A DNA stretch of 64,000 nucleotides from the human T2T-CHM13v2.0 reference genome, Homo sapiens: the NCBI RefSeq assembly GCF_009914755.1, contig NC_060941.1; one strand, written 5' to 3'. Shown one piece after another: positions 1-23,358 of the stretch. The position numbers and the translations under genes are program-made. Position 1 is the stretch's first letter, and the number at the start of each line of letters is the position of its first letter. The notes beneath the pieces were generated by a model. That model saw only the letters and a list, made by a program, of their open reading frames with translations. It ran no database searches and was not told the origin of the DNA.

Positions 1-56
1 CATCTCAAACAAAAAAAAAAGAGTGCTTTATAGATTCTAGATACAAGTCTTTTCAG

Positions 57-1500
<1,444 letters not shown>

Positions 1501-2186
1501 TTCTGCAAGGCCCTATTGTGAGTTTGTTACACAACTTACTGCAACTTAAATTGTGCCACCACCACCCCCCACAATATGGCAAGCTAAATAGAAACTCAGT
1601 TATGCTAAGGCTGGTTGAGGGCATTATGCAAGATTAGCATGGAAAGGGCCCTTCATTTGGCACTCTGCTCCGTTCATTTTTGTCAGGTCACTTTCTTATC
1701 TTCACCGGGCTGTCAGATCTGTTTTACTGCTCTAGCCTCACTTTCCTCAGCCTCCTACAGCATCTTCCCTGTAAGCTACATCCCTTCCTCTCTGGATGAA
1801 GTCCTCTTCATTGACCAACTTTCTCACTTAGTTCTCTAAGATAGTGAGGATCTGTCTGCTTTCTTCTTGACCATTAGTGGATAGGAAAAAAATGCTCTGA
1901 TTTTCTGTAACCATTTGTCACCAAGGCCATAAAGACATTGAACTAATTTCCTTATTGGAGTTCATTATTGGAAGTCTTGAGGAGTTTACACATTTATCTA
2001 CAAAGTAAGTAGGCCAGCTCATTTGTCTTGGCTCATGTGTAATCTTTAAAGCATATTGAAAAATTACTATTCTCAAGTAAGGATAATGTATATCTCAGGT
2101 CACTTACAGTCTCAAAGTTTTGTCAGTATACTTTAAAACAATCCTGCGAACAGATCTAGATTGAAGGAGACTAAAGAATCATGAAC

Positions 2187-4730
2187 TCGAGGTGGCCCCG
2201 GGGCAGGCGCAGAGCTGGCAAGCACGTGGTGGGGCCCCTGAGGCGTGCAGAGGGTCACGCACCTGGGAGCCTGTTGCTGGCACGGTCCGGGCGGAGGTTC
2301 TGCGGCGGGAGGCAGCCTGTCGGTTGCAGGGCTGAAAAAGCAGTTCTACAAGGCAAGCCAGCTGGTCAGTGAGAAGGTCGGAGGGGCTGAGGGGACCAAG
2401 CTGGACGATGACTTCAAAGAGATGGAGATGTCATCAGCAAGGCGGTGACGGAAATGCTGGCAAGGACCATCAAGTACCTGCAGCCCAACCCAGCCTCACA
2501 GGCTAAGCTGACCATGCTCAACACAGTGTGCAAGATCCAGGGCCAGGTGAAGAACCCCGGCTACCCGCAGTTGGAGGGGCTCCTGAGCGAGTGCCTGATC
2601 CGCCACCAGAAGGAGCTGGGCAACGAGTCCAACTTCAGTGACGCACTGCTGGATGCCGGCGAGTCCATGAAGCACCTGGCAGAGGTGAAGGACTCCCTGG
2701 ACATAGAGGTCAAGCAGAACTTCATTGACCTCCTCCAGAACCTGTGTGAGAAAGACCTGAAGGGGATCCAGCACCACCTGCAGAAGCTGGAGGGCCGCCG
2801 CCTGGACTTTGACTAAAAGAAGCGGCAGGGCAAGATCCCCGATGAGGAGCTGCGTCAGGCGCTGGAGAAGTTTGAGGACTCCAAGGAGGTAGCAGAAACC
2901 AGCATGCACAACCTCCTGGAGACCAACATTGAGCAGGTGAGTCAACTCCGGGCCCTGGCGGAGGCGCAGCTGAACTACCACTGGCAGGCCATGCAGATCC
3001 TGGACGAGCTGGCAGAGAAGCTCAAGCGCAGGATGCGGGAAGCTTCCTCACGCCCCAAGCGGGAGTATAAGCCCAAGTTCTGGGAGCCCTTTGACCTCGG
3101 AGAGCCTGAGCAGTCCAATGGGGGCTTCCCCTGCACCACAGTCCCCAAGATTGCAGCTTCATCCCCTTTCCGATCTTCCGACAAGTCCATCTGGACTCCT
3201 AGCAGGAGCATGCCGCCCCTAGACCAGCCAAGCTGCAAGGTGCTGTATGACTTCCAGCCTGAGAACCATGGGGAGCTGGGCTTCCATGAGGGTGACGTCT
3301 TCACGCTGATCAACCAGATCAACGAGAACTGGTACCAGGGCATGCTGGACAGCCAGTTGGGCTTCTTCCTGCTCAGCTACATGGACGTGCTCATGCCTCT
3401 GCCCAGTGACTCACTGGTGCCCCCGCCCCGCCCCTCCATCCACACTGGGTGGCACCCCCGCCAGGTCTCCTGCCTTCCATGGGCTCCTGCTGCCAAGGCG
3501 GTGTCCAAGCCTGCCGGCGCCACCCAGGCCCGGGCCCTTGAGGTACTCCCTCAGCAGGGAGCCACACTTGGGTGGGAGGCTTATCTGGGTGGGTGGGGAC
3601 GCTTGTTTAAACTAGCGCTGACCCCTAACGGTGACGGCTCCCTTCCTCACTCCATGGCGCCGGCCTCCTCCCTGCTCCCCAACTCCTCACCCAGCTGGCC
3701 CAGACGGGGCAACACTAAGGTGCTCTCAGAAACACTAATGTTCCTCCAGGGCAGCCCCCACCTCCGTCCTGACCCCATGGGGGCCCAGCCCACAGCCTAC
3801 CCTCGAGTTCCACGGCCTTAACAGGCTTGGATCGAGTGTCCCTGTGGGGTGGCTCAGAGACAGGACCCTGGTTTTAAATCCCTCCACAAGCCTGCTCCTG
3901 GCGATGAACCCTAGCCCCACTCCAGGGCCACAGTACCCCAGCCTCACACATGCACTCCTTCTCCCCAAGGCCAGGGCAGAGGGCCTCACTGTTTCCCTGG
4001 CCTGCTGTCAGCTTGCAACCAGGAGACAGAGGCCAGCTGGGATCTGCCCCACCTTCCCCCCCATACTGCTCCCCTCAACCAGGACAGAGAACATGGCCTC
4101 CTCTAGGGCCCTGCCTCCCAAGCCTTACCCTCACACACCAAGTACCTTTTCAGCTTTTTAACTGCCCCCAGCCAGGCCCACGGAAGCCTGTGTCACTCTG
4201 GCACAAGCTGCCACCACCAGCCACCTACACACCCCCCCAGCACACCTCGCACGGGACCACAGCCCCAGCCGTGCTGCTAAGGGCCAAGCACAAAGGCTCC
4301 AGTGAGCAAATGTTCAAGCCCCTGGTAGCCAGGCCTCCCCTTGCCAAGCCGCTGCCACCCCACCCTGTGGGAAGTGGCCCCCAGCCATCTCCTCTAGACC
4401 ACGGCAGGCAGCCCCGGGGTCCCCAGACCCCTGTCCAGGCCAGCATGTCTGCAGCCCCGACATCTGCTTCCTCTGTCGCCCAATCCAAAATCGACGAAAT
4501 GGAGGGTCCTCTGGGCTGGGCCACATTCACATTCCCTTCCCCCTGAGGCCCAGCAAAGCCTCCGGACCCCAGGCTCTGCTCTGCACCCTCGTGGTCGGCA
4601 GTACATGAAGGGCACAGACACCCTGGCAGAGATGAGCACACAGCCTTGGGCACGGTTCAGGGCAAACTGAAATGTATGCCCGAATTTTGTAAACAGAAGT
4701 ATTAAAGGTCTTTCTACAAAAAAAAAAAAA
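2187..4730 (+). pseudogene. SH3GL1P1: Processed pseudogene of SH3GL1 (endophilin A2); SH3GL1P1 if this is the LRRC37B locus, SH3GL1P2 if the paralog
   Basis: Intronless endophilin sequence ([36 protein letters not shown]...BAR...SH3). Start codon is CTG at 2317, there is a frameshift near 2428 and an in-frame TAA at 2814-2816. ATTAAA at 4701, poly(A) at about 4718-4730, and TSD AATCATGAAC at 2177-2186 and 4731-4740. Confidence 0.88.
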
Positions 4731-5174
4731 AATCATGAACACAAAATGCAATGTCTGATGTTTGATTGGATTCTGAATTTTTTAAGCCATGTTATGATTG
4801 GGACAATTGTGAAAATGTGTATATGGAATGCATAGTAGGCAATGATAATATTAAGTTCCATTGGGTGATGAGAGTCTTCTGGTTATGGAGGAGAATGCAT
4901 TGGTTCTTAGGGGCTGCACACTGAAGTCTTTAATGGTGAAGGGTCATTATGTCTGCAACTGACTCTCAAATGGTTTGTCCAGAAAATGTATAAACATACA
5001 CACATGGAAAGGAAATGTGGCAAAGTATTAGCTACTGTTGATTCCAGATGAAAGTTATACAGGTGTTCATTATACCATTTGAAAATGCTTCCTAGCCATC
5101 CTAAGCCTTAAAGGAAAAAAAGAAAATGTTTAAAATCAAAAGCTGGAGGCAGGAAGAGAATAACAAAACCTTTG

Positions 5175-5496
<322 letters not shown>

Positions 5497-6480
5497 CTAG
5501 GTTATGGTTCTGGGTACATTCAATCTATATGAAGATCAGAGGCTTCTATTGGACCCAAAGGAATACGAGTCACTTGTGATTATTCCTCTATAGGTTTGAA
5601 AGATGTATCAGGCCAACTTACTGGATACAGTTTTAATTTAAAACTCTATACATCATACCCCCAACTCACAGACTTCATGTATCCATTGAATACTCTTCTG
5701 TTTCCACAGTCTTAATGTGGCCCTAACAAAGTCATCCTTTTAGAGGACTCAAAAGAGGCCCCCCTACAACTTCTATAATGTAATATTTACAGTAGTTAAC
5801 ATTTATTGATCACTCACTGTGTGCCAGACATTTTTCAGGTAGGGATTCATTTAATCCTCAAAACTCATTTGAGGTAGGTACTATTATAATGACAAGGCCA
5901 AGGAACAGAGATTAAGCAATTTGCCCAAATTTACATTATTCACAGAGCTGGGATTTAAGCCTAGTCTGGCTGTGGAATCTGTATTCTTAATGACCATGCT
6001 ATACTGCTTAAGATTAACCTTGAGAATTTATTCCAGTTACAGAGATTGTTTTTATTTCTCTGAAACTGCCCCCAAGAAGCCATAACAATAAATTAATCAA
6101 TTATCTTGGTTATCTCTTTTGCCCAAATTTATATTTTGAAAAAAATTCAAACATGCCAGAAAGATGAAAGAATACTACAGAATCCAGTCAAAGATCAGGC
6201 ACTGCATGTCATGTCTTCATTTCCTTTAATCTAAAACATGCCTCTACTTTTTTTGATCTTTCATGACATTGGCATTTTTTGAGTCAAAGATAGTTGTCTT
6301 GTAAGTTGTCCCACAATCTGGATTTCTCTGTTTCCACATGAGATTCAAGGTAAGCATCTTTGGGAAGAATACTGCATAGGTGACGTATCTTTCCTGCCTC
6401 GTGACCCCAGGTGGCTCATAATGCTAAGTTTGATCACTTGTTTAAGGTGATCTTCCAGATCTCTCCACTGTGGTTATTTT

Positions 6481-6790
6481 GCTGGGTGTGGTGGCTCACA
6501 CTTGTAATCCCAGCACTTTGGAAGGCCGAGATGGGCAAATCACTTGAGTCCAGTTTTAGACCAGCCTGAACAACAAGGTGAAACCCTGTCTCTACTAAAA
6601 ATAACAAAAATAAAAAACTAAAATTAGCTGGGGTGGTGGTGCAAGCCTATAGTCCCATCTATCTGGGGGGCTGAATTTGGAGGGTCACTTGAGCCCAGGG
6701 GGTCGAGGCTGCAGTTAGCTATGATTTTGCCACTGTACTTCAGCCTAGGTGACAGACTGAGACCTTGTCTCATAAAAAAATAAAAAATAA
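6481..6790 (+). mobile_element. Alu (old, AluJ-like)
   Basis: Dimeric Alu consensus with A-tail. Confidence 0.9.
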
Positions 6791-7375
6791 CTTTTCCCTT
6801 TGATAATTAATAAAAAATCTGTGGGGTGGTACTTTGAGATCAGTGAAGATCCTGTTCTCAAATGTCTTTTCACCCAACTCCATCAGTGATAATCTTTGTC
6901 TGAATCTATTTTTATTACATTGGTGGTTGCAAAGTGACACTTTTTAAAATTCTGTCATTCCTTCTACATTTATTAGCTAGCATTATTTCATTAAAGAACA
7001 ACTCCCCCTCTTTTAAAATATCATTCTTCATGGATTTTTTATATATTATGTTGTAGCTTATTGTTGTTATTCTTTTGAATGCTCAAATTGTCCAGATTTG
7101 GCCAATGCAATCTCCGTTATTTTTTTTAACCCCACAATCCAGGTTAAGCTGAGCTATTTTTAATGCCTAGAGTAATTTCTAATACTTCCCACTCCCAACA
7201 GAAATTGAGAAAGGGCCTTCAGAAGTTGGGGGCTTATTCAGACTCTTCTTAGAAGTCTACCTTCTTCCTGTATCTTTCAGCCCAAAGTGAGACTTTTGAG
7301 TCGGGAAGAGATACCTCTGAATTTAAACTACTGATCAGTGTCACCCAATTCTAATCCCAACCACCTTTATTCTAG

Positions 7376-7768
<393 letters not shown>

Positions 7769-9545
7769 TAATTGATGAAATTTTAAGCTGATGATATAAT
7801 TGTTTTATTTACTCAGTCAGATTTCAACTCCCTCAACTTCTGAATGACTCCCTTGCTGGGAGTCAGGTTCTCAGTTATTATTACAAAATTTAATAATGGA
7901 ACAGTTCCATATGCATAAAGGACCAAGAGAAAGAAATGGGAAGGCTAGGGAATAACATTAACATCCACACACTGTGTACTGTGCTCTCTGCTTGGTGCTT
8001 TGCCCCCAGTGATAATTTCTTCATATAGTGCAATGTAGTTTGTAAGCTGGTTTTATATCTGTGAGGTCTCAAGTACTCTCTGCCTTTTAGGACAGATGTA
8101 GATCCGGTTTTGTTTTTGTTTTTGTTTTTACAGTTTTATAAGAGTAGAAGTGATGCTGTTTTATTTGAAGCCTGAGAGCTTCTGGTTCCATAACCAGAAA
8201 TTGCTACCTGGCTCTTCTATTGGAATGGGGCTTTTCCATTCTTAGTCCATCCAACTCTGAACTTGCTCTGAATCTCAAACCTTTCTATTCGCAGAACAAA
8301 TGCTCAAGTTTTTTCAAGAGTTTTTCTGTAGATTAGGTTTATTAGCACCAACTTCATGACTTCTAAAATGTGACTGCTTGAATACAGGTATCTACCAGTG
8401 ATATGGGGTGGATAATTAATAATGCTTGGCTACTTCTATAAAGACAGTGTTGCTTATTTTTCAAAACTTTTTCTTTTTTTCTTTTTTTTTTTTTTTTTTA
8501 CCAATTATATTCTTCCCTTCTCCCCAAGAGGTGGGCAGAAAAGCATTGTTAATCTCCTTTTACAGGTGAGGAAAAACAAGATCAGAGGTGCTAAGTGCTG
8601 TAGCCTAGTGCCAGGTCTTCTGTCCCCAATTCTGGGTTCTCCCCAAGCCCATGTTTCTCCTTTCTCGCAATCTTTACTTCTTCCGCTGACCTTCAGCACC
8701 ACCCAAAATACTTTTAATTCTGGAAAAGAAGCCCAGCTGCACACTGGCACACTTGACCTTCATGCAGTCAGAAGCTTTGGATGGTTCCCCATCCAAAATA
8801 TTAGAGATGAATGAAAGTGAAGTAGGCATCTGACAAAAGTCACTTTTTCCCTTCTGCATTTAGGACCTCAAGTAATGTTTATCCAGAAACTGCTACCATA
8901 CCATAGATTCATTGTATATTTAACAACATAGGCATACAATCTGGCAAATTAAAAATCTCTTAACCTACACCCTGGATCCCTGCCCAAATTTAAGAAAAGA
9001 ACTAAGGTGGACACAGTGTTTTTTTCCATGTCGCATCTTCTGTGATGGGGCTATGATATGTGGGAGCAGAGAATGGGGTGGGTGGGTGGAGCACATGCCA
9101 GATGAGGATCTATCAGCAATGGGAGGGGGCATCCCGCCCTGCTCCTTTAGCATCTCCACCCTGCTCCTCTCAGAGGACCGCCTTTGATTGCATTCAGCTG
9201 CGATGGTAGCAAGAACACGGGCACACTGAGGATGAGGAGAGTGGGAGCCTTGTGCTCTCTCTGCATATGAGGCAGGACAGCACAGGGTATGGAGCAGTCT
9301 GCAGAGAGGCCAGTTCATCAGCTCATCAGGGAAGCACTTGTCTTCCACCTTGGGCTTTGACTGAGCACTGGGCAATTGGCCCCTGGGGATCAACGGAATA
9401 ATCCTAAGCAGAGTTACTCTATGTCACACTATGGAATGTTCCAAGTAGGTGGCCATGTCTTTTCCTCCTTTCGTTGTTGCCATTTCATAGGTTTAGGTTT
9501 GGGTGTATGTTTCTCCTCTCTGAATGGCACTCGAATGTTTGCTGA

Positions 9546-11345
<1,800 letters not shown>

Positions 11346-11447
11346 TAGGAGAACCTGGGACTCCCAGGCCATAGCTTGTCTTGGCCATGTAACTTTGGCC
11401 ATGACAGTGATCTCCCACTTTGCTCATGTAGACAGTGAAATAGATTA

Positions 11448-11775
<328 letters not shown>

Positions 11776-11884
11776 CTGTAAGCTACTCAACTGGCATACT
11801 GGGGTTTTGAAAAGTTAGCTTCCATTCTCTCTCTCTTTTTTTTTAATTGTTCTTTCTTTTTTCTTTTTTTTTTCTTTTTTTTAG

Positions 11885-12157
<273 letters not shown>

Positions 12158-13081
12158 TAAAGGATCCTCGCTTCCAGGAGGTCTCTGTGAAATAAAACCA
12201 AGTTAATCCCACTAGACTATTTTAAGAAGTTAAGTTGATATAATAGCAAAATTTCTCCCACCCAAAACTATGTCAACAATTGGATGTACTCACTGAGTCA
12301 CCCCTTACTCTGCCACTAATTTATTTCCTTGTTGCTTAAATGATGAGAGACATATAATCTCCACCCTCACGGAGTTGTAATCACCCTGGAGAGGAAGAAG
12401 ACAGCCAAAAGAGAGAAGTATTGTCTTGTAGACTTATTAGATTCACATAGTATCATCCTTCTCCAGTGTGTAAGGTGTTGTCTAAATAGGTCCAGTTAAA
12501 GAACTACAGGGTAGCCATTTTTAAAAAAAAATTTTGGCCACGTTTTCAAATTCACAGGGGAGGGGGAATGTCTCATACTCCAGCCCTCCTGAGCCTAGGC
12601 CCTCTGTGAGATGTGTCACCATTTCTTGGACACCATATGAGACATTCCCCCTCGGATTAGAGATGCTCAACCTGCATCAACAAATCTAAAGCCTACATCT
12701 GGCTACCCTGGGGCGAGTCCTGTTTACAGTGCCCATTCCTGGAGCTCGCCTCTTTTTGCCTTTTGTTTGATTATGTGATGTATTACTTTTCCCAGCAGGC
12801 CAGTGCTAGCACACTGGAAGAGGGATTTAATAAGCTGGCACCCTTGATGCTATGCTCCTAATCCAACCTTATTTGCCTCATTGGCCATTTCCATTATGGT
12901 GGCAGCCCTCCATTCCAGCCACAGCAGCCCCTCAGCGTCCCCCAGTCACACCGTCCCCATTGCTGCTTATCTGTGCCTTTGTCCATCTACAATGCCCTTA
13001 TTTCACTCTGCCTGTGGGAGTCCTGTGAATCTCTCCAAAGCCAACTCAGTTCATCTTTCTGCTTGAAACCTTCCCTGAATA

Positions 13082-13390
13082 GGCCAGGTGCGGTGGCTCA
13101 CGCCTGTAATCCCAGCACTTTGGGAGGCCAAGGCAGGCAGATCACAAGGTCAGGAGATGGAGACCATCCTGGCTAACACAGTGGAACCCCGTCTCTACTA
13201 AAAATGCAAAAAATTAGCTGGGTGTGGTGGCGGGCGTGTGTCGTCCCAGCTACTTGTGAGGCTGAAGCAGGAGAATGGCATGAACCTGGGAGGTGGAGCA
13301 TGCAGCCAGCCAAGATCAGGCTGCTGCACTCCAGCCTGGGGGACAGAGCGAGACTCTGCCTCAAAAAAAAAAAAAAAAAAAGAAAGAAAG
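13082..13390 (+). mobile_element. Alu (AluY/Sc-like) with target-site duplication
   Basis: GAGACCATCCTGGCTAACAC diagnostic; AAAC(C)TTCCCTGAATA on both sides. Confidence 0.92.
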
Positions 13391-14410
13391 AAACTTCCCT
13401 GAATATTCCAGCCCTCCTGAGCCTAGTCCCTTTTTGAGATTTGTCCCCATTTCTTGGACACCATATGAGAGACTTCAGAGGCTGAAGTGGGAGGATTGCT
13501 TGAGCCTGGGAGGTCGAGGATGCAGTGAGCTGTGGTCATACCACTGCACTCTAGCCTGGGCAACAGAGCGAGACCTTGTCTCAAAAACAGCCACCACCAA
13601 AAACTATCTTGGGATTTGAATAGGATTACCTTAAATTTGTAGATAAATTTGAGAATTGACATCTGTACGACATTCTAGAACATGGTATTTCATGTCATGA
13701 ATTCATTTCTTGTTAATGTCTTTCAGAAGAGTTTTAGGGTTTCCATCATATAGATCTTACACATCTTTTGTTAGATAACAGATCTTTGTATTTTTGTTCC
13801 TAAATACTTCAGACATTTGTATTGCCATTGTAAATGGGATCTTTCTTCCATTTTCTAGTTAGTTATTGGTGGTACATCTGAAAAGCATTTGAGGTTTGTG
13901 TGCTGCTCTCTTGATTTTGTTTCTAGCCACCGTACTGAATTCTCATATTACTTCCAGTAAAATCTTAGTTGATTCTCTTAGGCTTCTTTGGCTAACATTT
14001 ATTATTTTATATGCAAATAATGACAGTTTTGTCTCTTCCTTTTCAATACTTACACTCTTTCCTTCCTTTCCTTTCTTTTTTTTTTCTTTCTCAGGGCCTT
14101 GTTGTCACCCAGACTGGAGAGCAATGGTGTGATCTAGCTCACTGTAACCTCAAACTCCTGGGCTTAAGGGATCCTCCTGCCTCAGCTTCCTGAGTGGCTG
14201 GGACTACAGGCAGGCAGTGAATTTGAAAACTTTTGTTGTAGAGACAAGATCTTGCTATGTTGCCCAGGCTGGTTTTCCTGCCACTTTAGAGCAGGTTTCC
14301 TTTTTTTCATACTTTTAAGAGTTTTTTATTAGGAATTGTCCGCTGAATGTTAGCTAAAACAGTCAATAAAATGCGTTAAGTACCAGCTGCATGCAAGACC
14401 CTAAGTTAGA

Positions 14411-14982
14411 TACAGTCAGCCCTCTTCATCAGCAGGTCCACATCTTCAGATTCAACTAGATAAGGCTGAATATTTGAAGAAAGAAACAATAAAAATACAA
14501 TTAGAAAGTACAGTATAACAACTGTTGTCATTATACAATATCTATACATTTTATTAGTGATGACCTAAAGTACATGGGACCAGGCACGGTGACTCACACT
14601 TGTAATCCCAACACTTTGGGAGGCCAACCTGGGCAGCATAGTGAGACCTTGTCTTTAATAAAAATAAAAATAAAAAAATTAGCTAGTGTGGTGGTATGCA
14701 CCTGTAGTCCCAGCTACTCAAGAGGCTGAGGTGGGCAGATCACTGGAGCCCAGGAGGTTGCGGCTGCTGTGAGCTGTGATTGTGACACTGCTCTCCAGCC
14801 TGAGTGACAGAGGGTGATCCTGTCTCTAAGTAAGTAAATAAATAAAGTATATGGGGGGGGGTGTGTTGGTTATATGCAGACACTGCACCATTATACGTAA
14901 GGTATTGAGCATCCACAGATTCTGGTATGGTGTGGGGGCGATATCCTAGAACCAGTCCTCTGCAAGGTAGCAAGGATGACTG
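14411..14982 (-). mobile_element. MER2-type (TcMar-Tigger) DNA transposon interrupted by an Alu (about 14577-14845)
   Basis: TACAGTCAGCCCTC... and ...GATGACTG ends with internal MER2-like motifs. Confidence 0.6.
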
Positions 14983-15147
14983 AACTGTGGAAGAATCAAA
15001 GCACTGTTAAACAGCATACAATTCCTGTCTTCAAAAAAGTTATCTCATCGGGTAGATGAGACTTAAAATGAATAAAAGGAATGAATACACATTGGAGATA
15101 GTGGTTGTTGTGATAGATAACCTTAATTGTGTTTTCTTCCAAAACAG

Positions 15148-15210
15148 GTGAATTCACATAAAAGGGCATCAGAAAAATACAAAGACAACCCATCAATATC
15201 AGGAGCCTGA
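15148..15210 (+). CDS. LRRC37B: LRRC37B last coding exon, short cytoplasmic tail VNSHKRASEKYKDNPSISGA*
   Basis: Acceptor ttttcttccaaaacag| at 15147; 20 codons then TGA at 15208-15210; poly(A) signals about 135 nt downstream. Confidence 0.85.
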   Translation: MNSHKRASEKYKDNPSISGA

Positions 15211-15344
15211 GCATGAGTTAAAGCATGTGGATGGCCTGGAGCTATGTTTTTAAAATTGTTATTAAATATTGGTTTTTTACTTAAATCAATGAAAACTTTC
15301 TTTACTTTGTGGTTGTGTTCCTCAAAATGAGAATTTTTAACAAT

Positions 15345-15356
15345 AATAAAAATAAA
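15345..15356 (+). terminator. Tandem AATAAA polyadenylation signals of LRRC37B
   Basis: AATAAA at 15345-15350 and 15351-15356, downstream of the stop codon. Confidence 0.75.
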
Positions 15357-15514
15357 GCTTGTTAGATCATTTTTAATGGTAATAAATTGGTTACTGAAGA
15401 TTTGACTAAAGAGAAAACTAGGCCAATCTAAGTAGAGTCCAAATGAAGTAGAAAGTCCATAGAGAACAGGCAAAAAGGAAGTTGTGGAACCACAGACAGT
15501 AAAAGGAAAAAATT

Positions 15515-19082
<3,568 letters not shown>

Positions 19083-20680
19083 TAGCCCCCATCTTTAAAT
19101 GAGGAAATTGAGGTGCAGAGAGGGTCGGCCACTCGCCAAATGGGAAAAGCTAGAATTCTAACCCAGACCATTTGCCTTCAAAACCTACCCTGACCACCAC
19201 AGTAACCTGTGATAAGGTGCAACTCAGAGTAAATAACCTCCTCTCTGGGCCCTGATGTCTCTCTACCTACAATGGATTTCCTGTTCCTGTGTGGGGAGGG
19301 AGGTGCAACACCAGCCCCTGAGCTTTGAGCCTTGCCTCGTCCTCCCTGTATATTAAGGAGTGCTCAGATGTGGCTGTAGCTGCACCTCTTTCTCCAAGAT
19401 GGAGCCCACCCAGAGATGCTGTGTGCAAAAGGCTTGACTCACAGCCGGCGCATAATAAGCCTTCAATAAATGTTTGAAATTATTATTCTCGATGGTGTCA
19501 CGGTGCTGGCTGAAAGGCAGCATAGCTCAGCAGTTAAGCCAGACGGGCTGGGTTCAAATCCCATCTCTACCATGTAATAGCTGTGTGACCTTGGGTAAGT
19601 TACTCAACCTCTCTGTTCCCCCATCTATAAAATGGGGGAAATGACACTATCTATTTTATAGAGCTATTGCAAGGATTAGCATAGAAAATGCCTCAACCGT
19701 GCCTGCCACTGATGTCAGGTTTTATTATTGCTGTAACACTTTCCCCTATTCAGAGTTTCATCTCCTAGATCCCCGGGCACGGAAACAGCTGGCTTTCAGA
19801 TCAGGGCCTCCCTGGGAGGTTTTAGTCTCAGCACAAGTCACCTGCCTTCCCCCTCTCTGGCTCCCAGCAGCCCCATCCTTCCCCCAGTCTTGGCCCGGGT
19901 TCCAGCACCGTCTCCTTTGCCCCTCAGCCCCAGGGTGACCAAAGCCTCTGCCTCGTGGGACGGCTTTCTAGCACTTTCCTCCTTTTAAGAGATTGACTGC
20001 AATTTCTATAGTAACATCACATTAGCCAGAAATTAATGTCCTCATTAAGATAGCAATTAGGCACATTAGCGTGGCAATAAAAGGAAGCTTATGAAATAAC
20101 TGCTGGTTCCAAAATGCCTTTAATTTAGTATTTTATATTGTGCCATGTTATTAATTTTTTTCCCTCGGCAGAAGATAATAAGAGAAATGTTTGAATTGTG
20201 GGGAGGTTTAAAATAAAAAAAATTTTTGAGAAGGAAAGCAATGTTGATACCTGTAGACAGACGATCTGTCTTCTCCCCAAAACCTCATTGGTCCTGAGTC
20301 CATAGGGTGACTCCATGGGGTGTCAGAAGAGGGACAGCATTGATGGGTAGGGGGCCAGGCCATGTCCTGGGACTTTTGGCCGGGCTTGGCATCCAGCGGA
20401 GATTGGAGTGGAACAGCCTTTGATCCTAGAAGCAGGAGAAATGGTGCCATGTTTCTTTGCCCTAAACAACAAATACCTGTTGGTTTGGGATTTTTGCCCC
20501 AATAGGCTCCATCTCCTGAATTCAAATTCTTTCAGCAAATGTTTCCTTGGTACCCTGTGGCTCTGACTCTGCCGTTGAGGGCTTTCCAGATTGTTGGAGA
20601 CGACAGATGTATAAATGGGAAAATGCCATGATAAACTGGGAATGCAGTATTTTGCAACTTGTAATGAAATCATGGCTCTA

Positions 20681-23358
<2,678 letters not shown>

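Noticed and set aside
2496-3343. Antisense ORFs of 161 and 122 aa over the SH3GL1 retrocopy
   Set aside because: Shadow ORFs caused by GC3-rich codon usage on the sense strand.
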